From contig CBDFLV010000004.1 in the NCBI GenBank assembly GCA_965249245.1, positions 95,189 to 159,188 on the forward strand: a stretch of 64,000 nt of DNA. Reading direction: 5' to 3'. The notes below the pieces were generated by a model that worked only from the letters and a program-made list of their open reading frames with translations, was not told the origin of the DNA and did not search any database. Below are positions 59,704 to 64,000 of this stretch, piece after piece; position 1 is the first letter of the stretch; every line of letters starts with the position of its first letter. The position numbers and the translations under genes were made by a program. This DNA is from Acidobacteriota bacterium. GTDB taxonomy: Bacteria > Acidobacteriota > UBA6911 > RPQK01 > CBDAPI01.

Positions 59704-60336
59704 ATGGATGGAACCGGTGCGATTGTCGATCTTTCCTCTTCTCGGCATCCCGATGCGGCTGCTCTGCTTCGCGGGAAGGCAGTTTTTCTTGACCGGGACG
59801 GGACGCTGATCCGGCACCGCGAGTATCTCACCGATCTCTCCGATCTGGAACTCTTCGAGGAAACCGTGGAGGCCGTGCGGCGGCTCAACCGAAACCGAAT
59901 CCCTGCTGTGGTCATCACAAACCAGTCGGCGGTTGCGCGCGGGCTCCTGAGCGAAGAAGGGCTGATGGCGATCCACTCCGAGATACAGGCCCGACTGCGG
60001 CATCGGGGCGCTTTTCTGGATGCTTTCTATTACTGCCCCCACCACCCTACCGAAGGAGAACTGCCCTACCGGAGGAACTGTCCGTGCCGCAAGCCCCAAC
60101 CTGGACTCATCGTGAAGGCTTCCGACGAACTGGGGCTTTCCCCCCAACTGAGCTTCATGGTGGGCGATTCTCAGGGTGACGTGGAAGCCGGTCGGCGAGC
60201 CGGCTGCAGAACAGTCCTGATTGCAGAGACCGAAGGAGAAGGCAGTCATTCGCCTTCTCAGGGTGGTTGCGGCGCGGATTTCGTGGCCGCGGATGTGCTG
60301 CAGGCCGTGCACTGGATTTTGGGAGAGATGGTTTGA
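59704..60336 (+). CDS. gmhB: D-glycero-beta-D-manno-heptose-1,7-bisphosphate 7-phosphatase (HAD IIIA)
   Basis: FLDRDGTLI (DxD), zinc site C-x-H...C-x-C (CPHHPTEG...CPCRKP), GDSQGDVEAG. Confidence 0.9.
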   Translation: MDGTGAIVDLSSSRHPDAAALLRGKAVFLDRDGTLIRHREYLTDLSDLELFEETVEAVRRLNRNRIPAVVITNQSAVARGLLSEEGLMAIHSEIQARLRHRGAFLDAFYYCPHHPTEGELPYRRNCPCRKPQPGLIVKASDELGLSPQLSFMVGDSQGDVEAGRRAGCRTVLIAETEGEGSHSPSQGGCGADFVAADVLQAVHWILGEMV

Positions 60337-61319
60337 AAGATCTTGAGAGACTGATTCCTGCCATCCAGAACACCCACCTTCTGGTAGTGGGTGACTTTCT
60401 GCTCGACGAATTCATCTTCGGGGAGATCACTCGAACCTCCCGGGAGGCTCCCGTCCTGATCCTGAGATATCGAGAACGAGAATGGCGCCCTGGCGGTGGT
60501 GCGAACACCGTTGCCGGAGTTGCGGCCCTGGGGGCCCGGGTCACACCAGTCGGCGTTCTGGGTGACGACGAGTGGGGGCGGGGAGTTCTTTCAGGCTGGC
60601 CCGATTCGGTGTCTACTGAAGGAGTAGTGATCTCAGCGGAATTCCCGACCACCTGCAAGAGCCGCTTGCTGGCAGGATCACTTCATTCTTTTCGACAGCA
60701 GGTGGTTCGTCTCGACTACGAGCACCGCCACCCACTGAGTGAAGCAGTGGAATCACGGCTGCTCGAAAATCTGGAGAGACTTCATTCCCGGGCAGACGGC
60801 ATCATCCTCTCGGACTATAGCCTGGGAACGATCAGCACCCGGGTGGCCTCCCGGGCGATCGAGATTGCCCGCTCGGCAGGCATCCCGATTGTGGCCGACT
60901 CCAGGTTCCACCCGGAACGTTTCACCGGGGCAACCTCGGTAGCACCCAACATCAGTGAGGTGGAGAAGGCAGCGTCCGCGCGTATCGGCCAGGATGATGA
61001 ACGGTTGGTCTGCATCGGACAGCGCCTCTTGAAGGAGTGGGCTCTGGAAGCTCTACTCATCACTCGCGGCCGTCTGGGGATGAGCCTTTTCGAGGCTGAC
61101 CGGGTCAACCACATACCCGCGTTTGGCAGTGATGAGGTTGCAGATGTCACGGGGGCGGGCGACACGGTGACGGCCACCTACACGGCCAGCCTGGCCACCG
61201 GATGCGATTTCGAGAAGGCGGCGAGACTGGCCAACATCGCTGCCGGTCTGGTGGTCACCAAGAAAGGGACAGCCACCGTCACGGGCAGCGAACTGCAGGA
61301 GGCGATCCGTAATGGCTGA
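60333..61319 (+). CDS. hldE: D-glycero-beta-D-manno-heptose-7-phosphate kinase (HldE/RfaE domain I, PfkB family); probable TTG start at 60333 after GGGAGAG RBS (ORF track begins 60267)
   Basis: [23 protein letters not shown]-terminal DVTGAGDTV (PfkB motif). Confidence 0.85.
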   Translation: MKDLERLIPAIQNTHLLVVGDFLLDEFIFGEITRTSREAPVLILRYREREWRPGGGANTVAGVAALGARVTPVGVLGDDEWGRGVLSGWPDSVSTEGVVISAEFPTTCKSRLLAGSLHSFRQQVVRLDYEHRHPLSEAVESRLLENLERLHSRADGIILSDYSLGTISTRVASRAIEIARSAGIPIVADSRFHPERFTGATSVAPNISEVEKAASARIGQDDERLVCIGQRLLKEWALEALLITRGRLGMSLFEADRVNHIPAFGSDEVADVTGAGDTVTATYTASLATGCDFEKAARLANIAAGLVVTKKGTATVTGSELQEAIRNG

Positions 61320-61803
61320 CAGCCATCTGGCCGGGCAGAAGCTGGTGACTCTGGAAAGAGTACTCGAACTGCGGGAAGAGGCACGGAGACAGGATCAGTC
61401 GGTGGTTTTCGCCAACGGGTGTTTCGACCTGCTCCATGTGGGTCACATACGCTACCTCGTGGGGGCAGCCGGCGAAGGCGACATTCTGTTCGTGGCACTC
61501 AACAGCGACCGCTCAGTGCGGGCGCTCAAGGGTGAGGATCGTCCCCTGTTCCCCGCTCAGGAGCGGGCAGAAATAATTTCGGCGCTGGAGTGCGTTGACG
61601 CTGTTCTCATCTTTGATGACCCTGGCGTCGATCGACTGCTCGAGCAAATACGCCCGGAGGTACATGCCAAAGGGACGGACTACGCGCCTGAGACAGTCCC
61701 CGAGCGGGAAACCGTGAGAGGTTACGGGGGTCGAATTGCCATCGTGGGGGACCCCAAGGATCATTCCAGTGGCGGCCTCCTCGAGCGACTACGCAAGGGA
61801 TGA
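61312..61803 (+). CDS. rfaE2: D-glycero-beta-D-manno-heptose-1-phosphate adenylyltransferase (RfaE domain II, cytidylyltransferase fold), encoded separately from the kinase
   Basis: [18 protein letters not shown] (HxGH motif), 163 aa; 8-nt overlap with the kinase gene. Confidence 0.9.
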   Translation: MADSHLAGQKLVTLERVLELREEARRQDQSVVFANGCFDLLHVGHIRYLVGAAGEGDILFVALNSDRSVRALKGEDRPLFPAQERAEIISALECVDAVLIFDDPGVDRLLEQIRPEVHAKGTDYAPETVPERETVRGYGGRIAIVGDPKDHSSGGLLERLRKG

Positions 61804-61809
61804 CCCGCC

Positions 61810-62853
61810 ATGCTGCAAATGGACAAAGTTCTCATTGTTCGACTCGGCGCCCTCGGGGATATCGTTCACGCCCTGCCCGCGCAACAGCTGCTCCACTCCC
61901 GTCTCCCCCACGCCAGCATCGACTGGTTGGCGGAGCCCGCCTACATTCCCCTGCTCCGCTGCGCTCCCGGGATTCGAACAGCCTGGCCGGTCGATCTCAG
62001 ACGCTGGAAATCAGATGACTTGGATGCTCCCAGCGTTGTCCGTCTCATCAGGTCGCTGCGGCAGCAACGATTCGACATGGTCGTCGACTTTCAGGGTCTG
62101 CTCAAATCGGCAGTCCTGGCCCGGATCGCCGGCCGGGGGCGAGTCGTCGGATTCAGGGCCGAGCGGTTCAAAGAGAAGGGGACGGGGTGGCTCTACACTC
62201 TCCGCGAGGATGGAGAATCCGACCTCGGTCAACACGTCATCGATGGCAACCTGGGGCTGATCAAACGGTTTGTCGGCGGAAGCCAAGCCACGCCGCTGGT
62301 GCCTTTCCAGATTCCCCGGGAAGATCAAGAATATGTGAGCCGTCGATTGTCGGACTTTGAAATCCGCAACCCTGTTCTCCTCAACCCGGGGGCGGGATGG
62401 GTCACCAAGCGCTGGCCCGCCAGCGAATATGGCCGGCTCGCAAGAATGATCGTGGAACGGCTTGGGTTCCCGGTGGCCGTTACCTACGGTCCGGGAGAGG
62501 AAGGACTGGTGGAGGAAATGAGGGAGGCGGCCGGGACAAAGAACCTGGCGGCCTTTCCGACTACGATTACGCAACTCGCGGCCCTGTGCCGCGTTTCGAG
62601 ACTGCTGGTGGCGGGAGACTCGGGACCTTTGCACCTGGCAGTTTCCACAGGGACTCCGGTAGTGGCCATCCTGGGACCAACGGCAGCCGCTCGCAACGGG
62701 CCCTATTGTGAGGAAGATATCGTGGTGAAGCGTAACCTTCCCTGTTCCAACTCTTACAAGCGAGTCTGCAACCAGTTCATCTGTATGGACATCCCGGCAG
62801 AGACGGTCTTCCAGGCCGTGCAGCGCCGCCTCGAACGGACCGCCTCCAGTTGA
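61810..62853 (+). CDS. waaC: ADP-heptose:LPS heptosyltransferase I (GT9)
   Basis: 347 aa; KVLIVRLGALGDIVHALPA, LVAGDSGPLHLAVSTGTPVVAI. Confidence 0.85.
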   Translation: MLQMDKVLIVRLGALGDIVHALPAQQLLHSRLPHASIDWLAEPAYIPLLRCAPGIRTAWPVDLRRWKSDDLDAPSVVRLIRSLRQQRFDMVVDFQGLLKSAVLARIAGRGRVVGFRAERFKEKGTGWLYTLREDGESDLGQHVIDGNLGLIKRFVGGSQATPLVPFQIPREDQEYVSRRLSDFEIRNPVLLNPGAGWVTKRWPASEYGRLARMIVERLGFPVAVTYGPGEEGLVEEMREAAGTKNLAAFPTTITQLAALCRVSRLLVAGDSGPLHLAVSTGTPVVAILGPTAAARNGPYCEEDIVVKRNLPCSNSYKRVCNQFICMDIPAETVFQAVQRRLERTASS

Positions 62854-63404
62854 CTGTGGACAGAATCGTGAACGTGCAGCGGATCCGTGTTCCTGTCGGT
62901 TTTCTCTACGGTCTGGTTTTTCTGTATTTTTCTAGGCCCATTCCTTATCTGTTGGGAGCCGGTTTGCTGGTGGCGTTCGTCGGCCTGGCGGTTCGAATCT
63001 GGGCCGCCGGACATCTCGAGAAATGGCGCCGGCTGGCAGTGCACGGACCCTATCGCTTCACCCGTAACCCGCTTTATTTCGGGTCTTTTCTGATGGCGCT
63101 GGGGTTTACGCTCACCTCGGGCAGGTTCTTCTTTCTGATACTTTTCCTGCTTCTCTTCGTCCTTCTCTACAGACCCGTTATGAGACGAGAAGAAAAAGAA
63201 CTTTGTGACGAGTACGGAGAGGATTACCTGAGCTACAGGGAACAAGTTCCACTGTTTCTACCGGGCAGACCCCGGCCCGACTCCGGGGATGAGGCAGCGC
63301 CGTTCAGTTGGATCCGGGTGTGGGAGAATCGTGAGTACAACGCCATTGTGGGGTACTTTATCATCAGCCTTTTGCTGTACCTGAAACTGGGATGGTCGAT
63401 GTGA
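62850..63404 (+). CDS. Isoprenylcysteine carboxyl methyltransferase (ICMT/Ste14-like) family membrane methyltransferase
   Basis: 184 aa polytopic; HGPYRFTRNPLYFG...EE..L...YG..Y..Y. Confidence 0.8.
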   Translation: MTVDRIVNVQRIRVPVGFLYGLVFLYFSRPIPYLLGAGLLVAFVGLAVRIWAAGHLEKWRRLAVHGPYRFTRNPLYFGSFLMALGFTLTSGRFFFLILFLLLFVLLYRPVMRREEKELCDEYGEDYLSYREQVPLFLPGRPRPDSGDEAAPFSWIRVWENREYNAIVGYFIISLLLYLKLGWSM

Positions 63405-64000
63405 GTTCCGCGCGGAAATTCTGGTGCCAGACTCTGCTGGCGTCCTGGATCCTCCATCTCAGCCTGGGAGCCCTGGCGGAGGCGCCCGCAACTCCACTCC
63501 TTGCGGCTTCTCTCCAGCCGGCCCTGATCCCGTTCCAGGATGGGGAAAAGGTCCGCTACGAGGTGCACTGGAGACCCCTTCCCCTCACGCCCGCCGTGAA
63601 GGCCGGCGAGATTGATTTCCAGATCCGGCGAGAGGAATTCGAAGGAAATCCAGCTTTCCGGATCACGGCCCAGGCCAGGTCGAAGGGATTTCTAGCCTCC
63701 CTGGGGCTGAAGATCGAGGATGATTTCGAGTCGATCGTCGATGCCCGCGATTTTCGCACTCTCCGTTTCATTCATCGCAAACGTCACAGCCACAGAAAAC
63801 GGGATCTGGAGATGAACGTGAACTACGAGGCCGGCTATGCAGTCGTCCGAGAGATCGATCTTGCCGACAGCCCCCCACGGACGATTCGCGATACCAGAAT
63901 CGAAGCGGTTCCGGGCGCAGTCTCGGACTTTGTATCTGTGTTCTATGCCGGCCGGCTTCGGAAATTCCTCCCCGAGCAAACGTACCTGATTCACCTTCAC
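63401..64000 (+). CDS. Secreted hypothetical protein (DUF3108-like, tentative); GTG start overlapping the ICMT stop, runs off window end (partial)
   Basis: Not in ORF track (no stop); 200 codons open: (M)SSARKFWCQTLLASWILHLSLGALAEAPATPLLAASLQPALIPFQDGEKVRYEVHWRPLPLTPAVKAGEIDFQI... Confidence 0.45.
   Translation, partial: MSSARKFWCQTLLASWILHLSLGALAEAPATPLLAASLQPALIPFQDGEKVRYEVHWRPLPLTPAVKAGEIDFQIRREEFEGNPAFRITAQARSKGFLASLGLKIEDDFESIVDARDFRTLRFIHRKRHSHRKRDLEMNVNYEAGYAVVREIDLADSPPRTIRDTRIEAVPGAVSDFVSVFYAGRLRKFLPEQTYLIHLH

Overview
High-GC bacterial chromosome segment with three parts. The left flank (1-8.9 kb, minus strand) holds a DASS/TrkA-C transporter (runs off the edge), an RND efflux operon (pump, adaptor, TolC-like OMP carrying one in-frame TAG) and rpoD 14 bp upstream of the pump. 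The middle (~8.9-37.4 kb) is accessory. It holds a decayed EPS locus (Wzz-like C-terminal fragment, intact nucleotide-sugar dehydrogenase, frameshifted GT4 pseudogene). It also holds a toxin-antitoxin island (YefM/YoeB, BrnT/BrnA, AbiEi/AbiEii with a second degenerate AbiE copy marked by a ~60-bp repeat, and an addiction-module antitoxin-like segment fused in frame ahead of a DUF1080 lipoprotein). The rest is an IS-dense zone: IS3 with an A_AAA_AAA frameshift site, a MITE-like element, an IS66-family element carrying a DUF4338 passenger gene with 19-bp IRs and 8-bp TSD beside tRNA-Asn, an rve transposase, a solo IS21 end, IS256 inside a four-helix-bundle gene, and two nested IS21 copies splitting a Yip1-like gene; DPP4-like peptidase and ProRS lie between these. 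The right flank (37.6-64 kb) is the conserved S10-spc-alpha ribosomal cluster (rpsL to rplQ, minus strand) and a divergent Kdo/heptose LPS-core cluster. No CRISPR arrays, rRNA or recognisable defence operons (RM, Cas, retron) were seen. Manually derived coordinates may be off by 1-2 bp.
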